A stretch of DNA of 64,000 nucleotides. Source: an uncultured delta proteobacterium. Its GTDB lineage: Bacteria; Myxococcota_A; Polyangia; Haliangiales; Haliangiaceae. A program made the position numbers and the translations under genes. Shown here one piece after another: positions 48,189 through 59,768 of the stretch. Position 1 is the first letter of the stretch; each line of letters opens with the position of its first letter. The stretch covers positions 2,368,001 to 2,432,000 of the forward strand of contig CAWKDB010000010.1 of NCBI GenBank assembly GCA_963848295.1, written 5' to 3'. The notes below the pieces were generated by a model. The model searched no databases. It had not been told where the DNA came from and was given only the letters and a program-made list of their open reading frames with translations.

Positions 48189-50924
48189 GTGCGCTGGTTC
48201 CGCTCGCACCCCGCGGCGCAACTGGCCGTCGGCGCACTCGCCGTCGCGCTCGCATTTCCGTCGACCGCGGCGGGAGAATGCGCGCTCGTGGTGCTCGCCG
48301 GCTCGCTCGGCGTGCTCGCGGCGACATTCTGGCCCAAGGCTCGCGGCTACCTCGAACAACCGCCCGCGCTCGCGACCGCGCTCGTCCTGCTGATCATCGC
48401 GGCCGCGGGCCTGACCACGTTCTGGGACGCGATGACGACCTCGCCGGCGTGGCTGCTCGGCGACTGGGGACCGCAACACGCCGTGCTCGCGCACATCATG
48501 CCGTCGCTGCCCGGCCTCCACGTGCCGGTGTGGGATCACGCGGTCGCGACCGGCGATCCGCCGCTCGACCTGTATCCGGCGCTGACCTATCTCGTCACCG
48601 GTCACCTCGCGCTCGCGCTCGGGCTCGAGCACGATCTGCCGCAAGCGATGATGATCGTCGCGGTCGTCGTCCACCTCGCGCTCGCGCTGCTGACCGCATT
48701 GCTCGCGATGCGCTTCGCACCCAAGCCGATCGCGCTCGTGCTCGGCATGCTGTTCATGGTCGACGCCGGCGCGATCTCGCACGGCGGAACGGTCGGCCTG
48801 TTCAAGTACGCGATCCTGCACAGCGCGCTCGCGCAGGTGTTCACGCTGATCGCGACGCTCGGCATCCTCGCGGCCTTGACCCGGCCGCGGCTCGGCGCGT
48901 CGGTCGCGATCTGGGTCGGCACCGCGCTCGCGACGGCCACCCACCCGTCGGCGTTGATCGCCGCGGCGGTGTGCATCGTCGGGTTGCTCGCGGTCGCGCT
49001 GCTCGCGTCGGATGTGCCGGCGCGCCGCGCGTTCGTCGCGATCGGCCACGTCGTGCTCGGCGTCGCGCTCGCGGCCTCGGTGTGGCTGCCCGAGGGCGAA
49101 CGGTTATTGGCATACGGCCAACACTTCTCGAACCAGCTGTTCACCGGCAGGGAGGTGCTGGAGACCGTGATGACGACCGCGTTCCCGATCACGTCGTACT
49201 CCGCCGTGATCTACGCGGGCTACCTCGGCACGCTCGCCGGGGTGGTCTCGCGCAAGGCCGAGGTCGTGTTCATCTCGGTCGTCGCGCTCGCGCTCGTGAT
49301 CGGCCTGTGCGACGCGCCGTACGCGGCGCTCGGCCTGTTCCCCGGCATGACCGTCGCCAGGCTCGGCGCGATCCGGTTGATGCTCGTCGCGCGACCATTC
49401 CTCTACGCTGCCGCGGCGTACGTGCTCGCGGTGCTCTACCGGCGCGCGAGAGAGGCGTGGCGCGACGCACCGCCGCGACACAGGACGGCGGTCGCGGCCC
49501 TGCTCGGGGTCGTCGCCGCCGGGCTCGTGCGGATCGGACCGAGCTATTGGCAAGAAGAAGGCGACCGCGCCTCCAACGATGCGCACTGGGTCGCGCCGGA
49601 TTCCGCCAGCTACGACGCGCTCGCGACCTGGGCCCGAGCGCGCGTTCGCGATATCGGCCCCGGCAGCTATGCGCGCGCGATGTTCGAGACCGACTCGCAC
49701 GAGCCGCTGCACCTCACCGCGACGACCGGCTTGCCGACGCTGCATCTCGGCGCGTTGCCCGACTTGCTGCTGCGCGAGCGGATCAGCGACGCGTCGCCGG
49801 CCAGCCTCGCTCGGTTCGACATCAAGTGGTCGATCGCGGAGGGCAAGTCGCCGGAGCTCGGCGATCCCGACACCGAGACCACGGTCGGCGATTTCCACAT
49901 TCGCGAGATCAAGGCGTGGGACGGCAAGTTCGCGCGGATCGAGGCCGGCGAAGGCCGCGTTGTCGTGACTCGGCTCGACGACACCGAGGTCGATGTCGAG
50001 GTCACCGCGACCGCGCCCGTGCTCGTCGCGCTCGGCACCGGCTACTACCCGCGCTGGCGCGCGACGCATGCGGGCGGGGGGGACGAGCCGGTCTACGCGT
50101 GGCCGGCGATCGAGGGCGGCCCGACCCACGTCGTGGCGGCGTGGCTCGCTCCGGGCAAGACGACGTTCACGTGCGACGGCCCGCTGCCGTCGGATGGCGA
50201 CGGCCGGTTCGTGTCGCTCGCCGCGATGCTGCTCGCCGCGGCGGCGATCATCGTATGGTCGCGCCGGCGCTGGCGCATGCGCGCGCTGCTGCGGATCGTC
50301 GCGCTGCGCCGTCGCGTGAAGTATGCCTCGCCGTGGATCGTGAGGCTCGCGGCGCCGGTCGCGATCGGCCTGCTCGCGATTCGCGGCTGCTGGAGCGCGC
50401 GCGCACCGGAGTCCGCGATCCTCGTCGGCTCGGGGCTGCGCAGCGACGCGACCGTCGAGGCGCGGCTCGGCGCCGGCGAATGGGAGCCGTGCGAGCACTC
50501 GCCGACCCGCGGCGACTTCCGCTGCACCGGGCTCGTCACGGTCAGCGACGGGACGGCGAACCTCGCGAACGATGCGGCGCCGAGCTGGCCGTTCACGACG
50601 CCGGCGATCGTCGCCACCCGCGAGACCGAAGGGGTCGAGATCCGGATCTCGATGACGGTGCGGCTCGCCGGCCGCTACTGGGCCGCGGCCTCCGCGGATA
50701 CCGACCTCAGCTTCGATGGCGAGGTCGATCACGTGCAAGCGACCGCGCTGATCGATCTCGACGACAAGGACCACGACGTCGTGATCACCGGCGTCGTGCC
50801 GTCGGACCCGCTGCGCATCACGGTCGTCGCCGACACCGCGATCCAGCCCGATCGCGCGTTCCTGGTCAGGCCGCCGCCGGTGCCTCCGGCCGCGGTCAGC
50901 GCGCTGGTCTCGCCCGCTCGGTGA
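48189..50924 (+). CDS. Large polytopic membrane protein, GT-C/YfhO-like
   Basis: Many TMs; early loop GDWGPQH..W....ATGDPPLDLYP typical of GT-C fold; periplasmic GYYPRWRA YfhO-like motif. Confidence 0.6.
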   Translation: MRWFRSHPAAQLAVGALAVALAFPSTAAGECALVVLAGSLGVLAATFWPKARGYLEQPPALATALVLLIIAAAGLTTFWDAMTTSPAWLLGDWGPQHAVLAHIMPSLPGLHVPVWDHAVATGDPPLDLYPALTYLVTGHLALALGLEHDLPQAMMIVAVVVHLALALLTALLAMRFAPKPIALVLGMLFMVDAGAISHGGTVGLFKYAILHSALAQVFTLIATLGILAALTRPRLGASVAIWVGTALATATHPSALIAAAVCIVGLLAVALLASDVPARRAFVAIGHVVLGVALAASVWLPEGERLLAYGQHFSNQLFTGREVLETVMTTAFPITSYSAVIYAGYLGTLAGVVSRKAEVVFISVVALALVIGLCDAPYAALGLFPGMTVARLGAIRLMLVARPFLYAAAAYVLAVLYRRAREAWRDAPPRHRTAVAALLGVVAAGLVRIGPSYWQEEGDRASNDAHWVAPDSASYDALATWARARVRDIGPGSYARAMFETDSHEPLHLTATTGLPTLHLGALPDLLLRERISDASPASLARFDIKWSIAEGKSPELGDPDTETTVGDFHIREIKAWDGKFARIEAGEGRVVVTRLDDTEVDVEVTATAPVLVALGTGYYPRWRATHAGGGDEPVYAWPAIEGGPTHVVAAWLAPGKTTFTCDGPLPSDGDGRFVSLAAMLLAAAAIIVWSRRRWRMRALLRIVALRRRVKYASPWIVRLAAPVAIGLLAIRGCWSARAPESAILVGSGLRSDATVEARLGAGEWEPCEHSPTRGDFRCTGLVTVSDGTANLANDAAPSWPFTTPAIVATRETEGVEIRISMTVRLAGRYWAAASADTDLSFDGEVDHVQATALIDLDDKDHDVVITGVVPSDPLRITVVADTAIQPDRAFLVRPPPVPPAAVSALVSPAR

Positions 50925-51843
50925 GCTGCAACACGCCGCCGACCGCGCCGCTGACGAGGTGCGCGAGCCACAGCGCGAGCGACGCGGCGAGGGCGTCGCC
51001 TTCGGGCATCGCGAACAAGCTCGCGCCGAGCGAGATGTACACGGCTTCGCGCGCACCCGCGCCACCGACGGTGATCGGCAGAAACGTCGTCGCGGCGGCG
51101 AGCGGCACGATCAGCAGCGAGCCACCGAGATCGACGCGCGGATCGATCGCGTGCAGCAACACGTAGCCGGCGAGCGCGACGAGCGCCTGGGTCGCGACCG
51201 ACAGCAGCGTCGCGATCGCGAACGCCCCCGTGTCGCCGAGCTCGGGCACGCGCTCGAGGATCGTGCGCACGCGACCGGCCGCGAGCTTGCGTGCGATCGC
51301 GCGCGCGAACGGCAACGCGAGCACGAGCGCGACCGAGCCGGCGATGCCGACGCCGCTCCACAGCCATAGCGAGCCGGCGTCGATCGCGCCGCCTGCGAGA
51401 CCCAAGCCGATCGCGAGCAGCAGGAACACGCCGAACAGCCCGAGCGCGCGCTCGACGAACACGACCGCGAGCGCGCCGGTGGCGCCGTGCTCGCCGAAAG
51501 CATCGCGCGTGACGACGCCGCGCACGACGTCGCCCGCGACCGCGCCGGGCAAGTAGTTGTTGTAGAAGAACGCGATGAAGTAGAGCTTCGTGCAGCGCGC
51601 CAGGCTCGGCCGCGACTCGGCGCCGTACGCGCGCAGCAACACGCGCCAGCGCACCGCGCCGCACACGACGTTGAGCGCGATCAGGCCGCACGCGATCGCG
51701 ATCGTCGCGAGCGACAGCCGCTGCGCCGCGAGCTTCGCCTCGGCGAAGCTCACGCGATGGACGATGTACGCGACGCCCGCGCCGGTACCGAGCCACCTCG
51801 CGATCCAGCCGTAGCGTTGCCAGGCGGTGCGCGGCTCAGTCAT
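50896..51843 (-). CDS. Lysylphosphatidylglycerol synthase TM-domain / UPF0104 flippase-like protein
   Basis: RWRVLL, FYNNYLPGAVAGDVVR, VERALG, LPITVGGAGARE. Confidence 0.88.
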   Translation of the reverse strand: MTEPRTAWQRYGWIARWLGTGAGVAYIVHRVSFAEAKLAAQRLSLATIAIACGLIALNVVCGAVRWRVLLRAYGAESRPSLARCTKLYFIAFFYNNYLPGAVAGDVVRGVVTRDAFGEHGATGALAVVFVERALGLFGVFLLLAIGLGLAGGAIDAGSLWLWSGVGIAGSVALVLALPFARAIARKLAAGRVRTILERVPELGDTGAFAIATLLSVATQALVALAGYVLLHAIDPRVDLGGSLLIVPLAAATTFLPITVGGAGAREAVYISLGASLFAMPEGDALAASLALWLAHLVSGAVGGVLQLTERARPAR

Positions 51844-53869
51844 CGCGCCACCGGATCGAGCGCAGCGCGAACTGGGACACCGGGCGATCGAGCTCGGTAT
51901 CGGGCCCGAACGCTATGAACGCGACGACGAGCCCCGGGTGGCGCTGCGCGACCGCGAACCGCAAGCGCGCGCCGTGCGCGGTATCGGCGGCGGCGACGAG
52001 CCGGAGATGCTCGAGCTCGACCGCGACGCGCACCGCGTTCCAGTTGGTGCTCGCGGGCCCTTCGACCTCGAGCTCGACGTACGCGGGATCGCGCAGGTAG
52101 AACAGCGTCGCCGGAGGCACCGCGCCGGTGTCGTGATCCCAGCCGAAGCCGTTGCCGTAGAGCAGCGGCTCGGAGGCAAACCGATCGACGACCGCGAGGC
52201 GCGGATCGGTGCGCACGGTCGGCCCGAGCGCGCAGGTCGGCGGATCGGACCAGCACTCCGTCGGCTCGTCCGGCTCGCCGGCGATCTGCTCGCGCACGAA
52301 CTCGAACCTGCGCTCGACGCGCGTCGCGGTGACGACGATATCGCCGGCGACCGGCGGCGCATCGCACGAGATCCGCGCGCCGTCCGCGTCGCTGCACAAC
52401 GCGAAGCTCGGCTCGCCGTCGTCGATCAGACGCGCGGTCGCGAGCTCGAACCGATCGTAGTGGTTCGGCAGCGGATGCTCGTGCGCGGTCGGGCGCGATA
52501 CCGCGTAGGTGCGCTCGGCCGCGACCGCGCGCCCGAGCGGCGCGGACAGCTTGCCCGGGCGCGTGATCTTGCTCGTGACGATCGCCAGTGCCCAGCCGGC
52601 CGCGAGGACCGCGAACCCGCCGCGAGGTCGATGCAGCGCGACCGCGCGCCAGAGGATCACGAGCAGCGCCGCGATCGCCGGCGCGAAGTCGAGCTGGTAG
52701 CGCGACGTGAGGCTCGGCGAGTGCAAGTAGAACGCGAACAACGGCAGCGCGCCGAGCACCGCCCACGCGGACAACACGCGCGCGACGCGATCGCCATCGC
52801 GCCTCAACCACGCAAGCACGCCGAGCAGCCCGCCGGCGAGGATCAGCGGCAGGTACGGCCACGAGTACGTCGTGAAGTAGTACTCGCGCCAGCGCGGCTC
52901 GTCCGCCTGGCCGACGTGGAGGTCGCGCTGATAGAACTTGTTCGCCGCGGCCGGCTGATAGCGCAGCTCCGGCCGGCCGAACATGCTGCCGACCAGCTCC
53001 TCGGTCGCGGCGACGACGCCGACGCGCTCGAACGGATAGCTGAACCGCGTCGCCACGATGTTCCCCGGCAGCGCCTCGACGTTGAGGCGATGACCGAACT
53101 CGGTGCCGCGGCCGAACCGCGCCGCGTTCGTCGCGTACAACGCCGCGCCTCCCACCGCGAACAACGCGCCGCCGAGTGCGATCATCGCGATCACCTGCGT
53201 GCGCCGCCGTTCGCGCCGCGCATAGATCGCGCTCATCACGATCACCGCCGCGAGGCCGTAGAACCACACCGTCGGTCGGATCAACCCGGTCAACCCCGCG
53301 AACGTCGCGAGCCCCGCGAACTGCCGCCCGGTCGGCGCGCGGGCAAACGCGAGCACGCCGGCGAGCAGCATCACCGCCGCGCCGTACGCGTACACATCGG
53401 CTTCTTCGTAGACCCCAAGCCGACAGCGCAACATCGTGACGACGCCGGGCAGCAGCGCGACGATCACCACCGCGCCGATCTGCATCCACCGCGACTCGAG
53501 ATCGCGCGGCTCGAACGCGCGGATCACCGCGTAGAACATCAGCGCGAGCCACGCCGCGAGCGCGATGCGGTCCGGAAAGGGCGCGATGCCAACGAGCCGG
53601 CCGAGCGCCTCGAACGGCAGCTGCCACAGCGCGACCCCGAGTCCCCACACTTGCTCGACGCCGCTCTGCGTCCACGCGAGATCGTGGAACAGCCCGTCGG
53701 GCGTCTTCGACAGCGCGAACCGGCCCGACATCAGCGCATCGGTTTGCGCGCGATAATACGGATGCGCCGCATACCAGCCGTGCAGCGTGATCTGCCGGCA
53801 GATCGCGAGCAGCGCGATGGCGAGCAGCGCGGCGATGCCGAAGCTGCGGAGCCGATTTGCGCTACCCAC
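51836..53869 (-). CDS. Polytopic membrane protein, putative GT-C glycosyltransferase
   Basis: ~10 TMs with YYRAQTDALMSG and VYEE loops, SRYQLDF, then a soluble C-terminal domain. Confidence 0.55.
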   Translation of the reverse strand: MGSANRLRSFGIAALLAIALLAICRQITLHGWYAAHPYYRAQTDALMSGRFALSKTPDGLFHDLAWTQSGVEQVWGLGVALWQLPFEALGRLVGIAPFPDRIALAAWLALMFYAVIRAFEPRDLESRWMQIGAVVIVALLPGVVTMLRCRLGVYEEADVYAYGAAVMLLAGVLAFARAPTGRQFAGLATFAGLTGLIRPTVWFYGLAAVIVMSAIYARRERRRTQVIAMIALGGALFAVGGAALYATNAARFGRGTEFGHRLNVEALPGNIVATRFSYPFERVGVVAATEELVGSMFGRPELRYQPAAANKFYQRDLHVGQADEPRWREYYFTTYSWPYLPLILAGGLLGVLAWLRRDGDRVARVLSAWAVLGALPLFAFYLHSPSLTSRYQLDFAPAIAALLVILWRAVALHRPRGGFAVLAAGWALAIVTSKITRPGKLSAPLGRAVAAERTYAVSRPTAHEHPLPNHYDRFELATARLIDDGEPSFALCSDADGARISCDAPPVAGDIVVTATRVERRFEFVREQIAGEPDEPTECWSDPPTCALGPTVRTDPRLAVVDRFASEPLLYGNGFGWDHDTGAVPPATLFYLRDPAYVELEVEGPASTNWNAVRVAVELEHLRLVAAADTAHGARLRFAVAQRHPGLVVAFIAFGPDTELDRPVSQFALRSIRWRDD

Positions 53870-53912
53870 TCCCGTTGTATGGCACAGACGGTCGCGCGCC
53901 GTCGCGCCGTCG

Positions 53913-55025
53913 TTACGCGAACGCGCGAGCCGCGGCGATCACCGCGCTCTGCTCGTCGTCGGTGAGATCGGCGTACAGCGGCAAGCGGACCAGCTCGTCG
54001 GCGACCCGCTCGGTCACCGGGCACTGGCCGGCGCGCCCGCCGTGCGCGAGCCCCATCGGCGACAGGTGCAGCGGCTGATAGTGAAACACCGTCTGCACGC
54101 CGCTCGCCTTCATGTGATCGATGAACGCGGCGCGGCGCGCGGCTGGCACGAGCAGATAGAACATGTGAAACGCCTGATCACAGTGCGCGGGCACGATCGG
54201 TAGGCGGACGTCGCTGCTGCGCGCAGCCCAGTCCGCGAGCTCGGCCGCATAGCGCTTCCAGATCCGCGCGCGGTGGCCCTGGATCTCGGCGCGAGCCTCG
54301 AGCTGACCGAGCAGCAGCGCGCCGAGGATATCGGACAGCACGTAGCTCGAGCCGATGTCGACCCACGTGTACTTGTCGATCTGACCGCGGAAGAACCGGC
54401 TGCGGTTCGTGCCCTTCTCGCGCAGGATCTCGGCGCGCTCGACGAACCGCGCGTCGTTGACCACGAGCGCCCCGCCCTCGCCGCACGTGAAGTTCTTCGT
54501 ATCGTGAAAGCTCTGCGTCGCGAGCGCGCCGAACGAACCGAGCGGCTTGCCGCGATAGCGTGCGAACAAGCCGTGCGCGTTGTCCTCGATCACGACCGCG
54601 CTGCCGGCGCGCGCGCAGATCGCGTGCATCTCGCAGCCGACGCCCGCGTAATGCACCGGCACGATCGCCTTCGTGCGCGGCGAGATCGGCAGCTGGTTCT
54701 CGTCGAGGTTCAGCGTGTCGGGCCGGATGTCCGCGAAGATCGGCCGAGCGCCGCGCAGCACGAACGCGTTCACCGTCGACACGAACGTGAACGCCGGCAC
54801 GATCACCTCGTCGCCGGGCTGCAGCTCGAGCAACAGCGCCGACATCTCGAGCGCATGCGTGCACGATGTGGTGAGCAGCGCGCGCGGGGCGCCGAGCTCG
54901 CGCTCGATCAGCTGCTCGGCGCGCCGGCCGAACGGCCCATCGCCGCCGAGCCGACGACTCGCAAACGCCTCGCGGATGTTCGCGAAGCCGCTCTCGAGCA
55001 GTGCCGGACGCGTGAACGGAATCAT
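53913..55025 (-). CDS. wecE: dTDP-4-amino-4,6-dideoxygalactose transaminase (DegT/DnrJ family)
   Basis: LLTTSCTHALEM, VPVHYAGVGC, IEDNAH, SFHDTKNFTCGEGGA, REKGTNRSRFFRGQIDKYTWVDIGSSY. Confidence 0.92.
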   Translation of the reverse strand: MIPFTRPALLESGFANIREAFASRRLGGDGPFGRRAEQLIERELGAPRALLTTSCTHALEMSALLLELQPGDEVIVPAFTFVSTVNAFVLRGARPIFADIRPDTLNLDENQLPISPRTKAIVPVHYAGVGCEMHAICARAGSAVVIEDNAHGLFARYRGKPLGSFGALATQSFHDTKNFTCGEGGALVVNDARFVERAEILREKGTNRSRFFRGQIDKYTWVDIGSSYVLSDILGALLLGQLEARAEIQGHRARIWKRYAAELADWAARSSDVRLPIVPAHCDQAFHMFYLLVPAARRAAFIDHMKASGVQTVFHYQPLHLSPMGLAHGGRAGQCPVTERVADELVRLPLYADLTDDEQSAVIAAARAFA

Positions 55026-55897
55026 CACGCCAGCTCGCGCGACAGCGTCAGCAGGTATTGCCCGTACTCGGTCTTGTCGAGCGCGGTCCCCGCGGCGCGT
55101 AGCCGCGCGAGGTCGATGAAGCCCTTGCGAAACGCGATCTCCTCGAGACAGCCGATCTTCAGGCCCTGGCGCGCCTCGACCGTCTGGATGAAGTTGCTCG
55201 CCTGCAGCATCGCGTCGGGCGAGCCGGTGTCGAGCCACGCCGTGCCGCGGCCGAACAGCGACAGCGACAGCGTGCCGTCCGCGAGATATGCGCGGTTGAC
55301 GTCGGTGATCTCGAGCTCGCCGCGCGGCGACGGCTTCAGCGCCTTCGCGATCCCGATCACGCGATTGTCGTAGAAATACAGGCCGGGCACCGCGTAGTGC
55401 GACTTCGGCTTCGCCGGCTTCTCTTCGAGCGACACCACCTTGCCGGCGGCGTCGTACTCGACCACGCCATACTGCGTCGGGTCCTTGACGTAGTAGCCGA
55501 AGATCCGCGCGCCGGACTCCAGCTTCGCGGCCTTGCGCAGCTCGGCGGTCACCGTCTCGCCGTAGAACAAGTTGTCGCCGAGGATCAGGCACACTGGATC
55601 GCGGCCGATGAACTCCGCGCCGACGATGAACGCATCGGCGAGCCCGCGCGGCGCGGTCTGTTCTTTGTAGGTGAGCCGGATGCCGAAGTCGCTGCCGTCG
55701 CCGAGCGTCGCCTCGAAGGCGGGCCGATCGCGCGGCGTGCAGATCAACAGGATGTCTTGAATCCCCGCGAGCATCAGCGTGCTCAGCGGGTAGTAGATCA
55801 TCGGCTTGTCGTAGACCGCGAGCAGCTGCTTGCTCACCCCGCGAGTCATCGGATAGAGGCGCGTGCCAGCCCCTCCTGCGAGGACGATTCCCTTCAT
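55025..55897 (-). CDS. rfbA: Glucose-1-phosphate thymidylyltransferase
   Basis: [54 protein letters not shown]. Confidence 0.97.
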   Translation of the reverse strand: MKGIVLAGGAGTRLYPMTRGVSKQLLAVYDKPMIYYPLSTLMLAGIQDILLICTPRDRPAFEATLGDGSDFGIRLTYKEQTAPRGLADAFIVGAEFIGRDPVCLILGDNLFYGETVTAELRKAAKLESGARIFGYYVKDPTQYGVVEYDAAGKVVSLEEKPAKPKSHYAVPGLYFYDNRVIGIAKALKPSPRGELEITDVNRAYLADGTLSLSLFGRGTAWLDTGSPDAMLQASNFIQTVEARQGLKIGCLEEIAFRKGFIDLARLRAAGTALDKTEYGQYLLTLSRELA

Positions 55898-55953
55898 CGC
55901 CGGCGACCATAACAGAATCCGGACAGCTCCCAGATCTGTTATACGGTTCGCGA

Positions 55954-56939
55954 ATGACGAGAGCGCGGCTCGTGCTCGCCGCGAAGATCGCCGTCGCGGT
56001 GGTCCTGATCGCGTGGCTCGTCCAGTCGGGGACTCTCGATTTCGGCGCGCTGGAGATCTTCTATCACCGACCGGAGCTGCTCGGCGCGAGCCTCGCGATG
56101 TTCGCGTTCACCGTGACGCTCGGCGCGCTCCGTTGGCGACTCTTGCTTCGCATGGCGGATGTCCACCTCAGCGTCGGCCGCGCACTCCAGCTGATGCTGA
56201 CCGGGCATGTTCTTCAATGTCGCGCTGCCCGGGAACATCGGCGGTGACGTCATCCGGTCGGTCTACGTCGCTCGCGACGCGCCGCGTGAACGACGACCGG
56301 CCATCTACGTGATCGGGCTGCTCGATCGCTTACTCGCGCTCGTCGGCCTCGATCGCGGTGGCTTGCGTGCTCACGCTCGCCCGAGGCCATGCCGTGTGGG
56401 ACATCACCGCAGCTTCGGGACTTGGCGATGGCGGTGCTCGTCCTGACTGCGGCTACGTTCGGCGGGCCGATCCTGCTGATCGTGGTCGTGCGACGACTCG
56501 GGTCGCGGCTCGACGGCAGGGCCCAAGGCACGTCTCGGATCGCGAAGCTGTTCGGTCAGCTCGTCGCGGCCACCGGCTGATCGCGGCGAATCCGAAGGCG
56601 CTCGTCGGCGCGTTCGGCCTCGCGGTCTGCATCCACCTCGCCGGGATCATCCTGTTCGCGGTGCTCGCGACCGCGATCACGGGTCAGGACATCGCCGTCT
56701 CGACCCTCGCGAGCGTGTATCCGCTCGGGATGCTGACCCTCGTATTGCCGATCTCGTACGCCGGGTTCGGCGTCGGCCACGTCGCATTCGATCAGCTGTT
56801 CACGCTCGTCGGGCTGACCGGCGGGGCGACGGTGCTGAACGCCTATTTGATCAGCCAGGTCGTGCCGTGCCTGTTCGGCGTGATCCCGTACCTGACGCTG
56901 CGGCGCCAGGCCGCGCCGATCGATGAAGCTGAGGTCTAA
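55954..56939 (+). CDS. Second UPF0104/LPG-synthase-TM flippase-like protein, about four frameshifts (error or pseudogene)
   Basis: [27 protein letters not shown] and [12 protein letters not shown] are spread over different frames with junctions near 56205, 56350, 56405 and 56575. Confidence 0.75.
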
Positions 56940-57981
56940 CCCGACGCCGTGTGCTTGCGCGGCTCGGACGGCTCTTTCACGACGCGAGGCGTGACGACCG
57001 TCGCGCTGCGACCGCGCAAGCTCGGCTCGTCGAACGCACGCAGCTCGCCATAGGTCTCACGCACGACAAACAGCGGGCGTTGCTGCACCTCCGCGAGGAT
57101 GCGTCCGATGTAGAGGCTCGCTACTCCGGTGACCGCGATCTGGACGCCGCCGAGGAACACGATCGCGACGAACGTCGACGGTAGCCAGGGAGGATCGATC
57201 GGCCGAACCACTTCTGTAGCATCAAGCCGACCGCGAGCACCATACCGACGCTCGCGACGAGCATGCCGAACTTGACCGCGAGGCGAAGCGGAAAGTCCGA
57301 GAACGAGATGACCGACGAGTAGGCCATCCGCAGGCGGCGGCGAAAGTTGTAGCTCGACTTGCCGGCCTTGCGTGGTTGCTGCTCGATCGGCACGCGCGTG
57401 TAGCGCAGGCCCAGCCAGCCCTCGAGCCCGGGGATGTAGCGGCTCTTCTCGGTCAGCGCGTTGTACATGTCGACTGCACGTCGGGTCATGATCCGCATCG
57501 TCGTGGCGTTGATCGGAATCTGATGACCGGTGAGTCGATTCATCACCACGGTGAACAGATACGAGGTGATTCGCGTGTGGAACCGGACCGGCCGCCCATG
57601 ATGCTCGCCACCGACGATGTCGTAGTCGCCTTGCTTCAACGCGTCGAGTAGGCTCGGGAGGAACCGGGGCGGCTCCTCCATATCGACGTTCAACGTACCG
57701 ACGTAGTCTCCGCTCGCCGCGCGGTAACCGGCGGACGTCGCGATGTGCTGTCCGAAGTTGCGACTGAGTAGCACGCACTTCGCAAAGGGGAATTCATCGC
57801 AGGTCTTCTTGAGCAGCTCGGGCGAGTCGTTGCGGCTGCCGTCGTCTACGAAGATGACCTCGAGGTCTTGCGCGAGCTCGTCATGGCCGAGGTAAGCTCG
57901 GAACGTCTTCGCCATCTCGACGCAAAAATCACGGGCGAGCGCGCCGTCGTTGTAGATCGGGATGACGAACGAATACAGCAT
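56936..57981 (-). CDS. Polyprenol-phosphate GT2 glycosyltransferase (ArnC/GtrB-like), frameshift near 57180
   Basis: SFVIPIYND, FVDDGSRN, LSRNFGQHIA, KSSY, FSDFPLR; last TM and YIGRILAEVQQRPLFVVRE are in another frame. Confidence 0.88.
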
Positions 57982-58232
57982 CAGTCGGCCGCCAGGGCGG
58001 TGACGGAGGCTGCTTGTTCCGGGTCGGCCACGGCGATCACAGCCTCGTCTTATCGGCTTTTCTCGACATGTTCAACCGCCCGGATCGAGGGCTGCCTTCC
58101 GCGTCACGGTGTGACGGCCGCTGCGTGGCCAATGTCGCGGAACAACGGGCAAGATCGACGAGAAGATCGTCGACCGGCATGACAACGAGCGCGGAGCTTT
58201 GTATGGTCCACGCGCTCGAGCGCCGATGGACG

Positions 58233-59768
58233 ATGCAGATCAACGTCGTTGAATACTTGGAACGCGGAGCGCTGGCGGCCTACCCGCACAAGACCGCGAT
58301 CATCGATGGCGCGAATCGCTATACGTTTTCCGACATCGAGCGCTACGCCAAGCGCTGCGCCTCGCTGCTGATCAAACGCAGCCCGCGAACGAGCGTGCCG
58401 ATCGCGGTGTACTTGCCCAAGAGCGCGGCCACGGTCTTTGCCGATCTCGGGATCATCTATAGCGGCAACGTCTATTCGAACTTGGATGTGAAGTCCCCGG
58501 CTCAGCGGGTCAAGAACATCCTCGGCAACCTCGAGCCCGCGCTAGTCATCACCTCGCAGGCGCTGCTCGCCTCCGTGGTCGCGCTCGGAGTCGCGCCGGA
58601 CGACGTGTTGCTCGTCGATCAGATCTTCGACGACGCGAGTACGATCGACTCTGCGGCGATCACCGCGCGGCTCGAGGCAGTGATCGACACCGATCCGCTG
58701 TGCATCATCAACACCTCGGGCTCGACCGGTGTGCCCAAGGGCGTCGTGATGCATCACCGCAGCATCATCGACTTCATGGATTGGGTGATGGCTCGCCTCG
58801 GGCTCGACGGCACCGAAGTGATCGGCAGCTTGTCGCCGTTCTACTTCGACATCTACACGCTCGAGCTCTATCTCTCGCTAGCGAAGGGCTCGACACTCGT
58901 CATAATCCCAGACGAGCTGCCGATCTTCCCCGCGAAGCTCGTCGCGTACCTCGCGGAGATGGCGATCAGCTTCATCTTCTGGGTGCCGACCATCATGGTC
59001 AACATCGCGAACCTAGGGCTGCTCGACAGCGTCGACCTTGCGAAGCTGAACAAGATCTTCTTCGCGGGAGAGGTGTTCCCGACCAAGCACCTCAACATCT
59101 GGCGGCGTCGGCTTCCGCAGGCGCTGTTCGTCAACCTCTACGGCCCGATCGAGATCTCGGTCGACTGCACGTATTTCATCGTCGACCGCGAGCTGCGCGA
59201 TGACGAGCCGCTGCCGATCGGCGTTCCCTGCCGCAACACCGACATCTTGATCCTCGACGACAGTAACCAGCGCGCCAAGGACGGCGAGCCCGGCGAGCTG
59301 TGCGTGCGTGGCAGCTCGCTCGCGCTCGGTTACTGGAACGATCCCGAGAAGACCGCGAAGGCGTTCGTCCAGAATCCGCTGAACAAGCACTATCCAGAGT
59401 TGATCTATCGCACCGGCGATCTCGTCTCACGCAACGATCGCGGCGAGATCCTGTTCCTCGGCCGCAAGGACTTCCAGATCAAGCACCTGGGCTACCGGAT
59501 CGAGCTCGGCGAGATCGAGCACTTGGTCGCGAGCATCGGCCTGGTCGACAACGCGTGCGTGCTCTATCACCGCGAGCGCAAGGAGATCACGCTGTTCTTC
59601 GAGGCGAAGCAGCAGGTCCAGCCGTCCGCGATCCGTCAAGGACTCGCCGCGGTCCTTCCGAAGTACATGCTGCCGACCGTCTTCCATCAGATGGAAGCCT
59701 TGCCGCGCAATCCGAACGGCAAGATCGATCGCCAGGGGCTGTCGACGTTGCTGGAGAAGCAGCCGTGA
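58233..59768 (+). CDS. Stand-alone amino-acid adenylation enzyme (DltA-like)
   Basis: NTSGSTGVPKG, PFYFD, NLYGPIE, YRTGD, GYRIELGEIE, LPKYMLP, NGKIDR. Confidence 0.92.
   Translation: MQINVVEYLERGALAAYPHKTAIIDGANRYTFSDIERYAKRCASLLIKRSPRTSVPIAVYLPKSAATVFADLGIIYSGNVYSNLDVKSPAQRVKNILGNLEPALVITSQALLASVVALGVAPDDVLLVDQIFDDASTIDSAAITARLEAVIDTDPLCIINTSGSTGVPKGVVMHHRSIIDFMDWVMARLGLDGTEVIGSLSPFYFDIYTLELYLSLAKGSTLVIIPDELPIFPAKLVAYLAEMAISFIFWVPTIMVNIANLGLLDSVDLAKLNKIFFAGEVFPTKHLNIWRRRLPQALFVNLYGPIEISVDCTYFIVDRELRDDEPLPIGVPCRNTDILILDDSNQRAKDGEPGELCVRGSSLALGYWNDPEKTAKAFVQNPLNKHYPELIYRTGDLVSRNDRGEILFLGRKDFQIKHLGYRIELGEIEHLVASIGLVDNACVLYHRERKEITLFFEAKQQVQPSAIRQGLAAVLPKYMLPTVFHQMEALPRNPNGKIDRQGLSTLLEKQP

Noticed and set aside
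46430..51166. 1578-aa ORF and other long Arg/Ala-rich ORFs (7466-10087, 15881-18169, 18166-20703, 30245-32251, 51827-53965)
   Set aside because: Shadow frames of real genes; stop codons are scarce at this GC content and the translations have no motifs.
53913..55910. Apparent long fusions in the ORF track (also 2839-5025, 10828-12324, 35536-37467, 39327-41840)
   Set aside because: The N-terminal extensions overlap other genuine genes; true starts lie downstream.
57981..58049. Short minus-strand ORF ending in a TGATG overlap with the GT2 start
   Set aside because: Only ~20 codons before an upstream in-frame stop; no supporting evidence.
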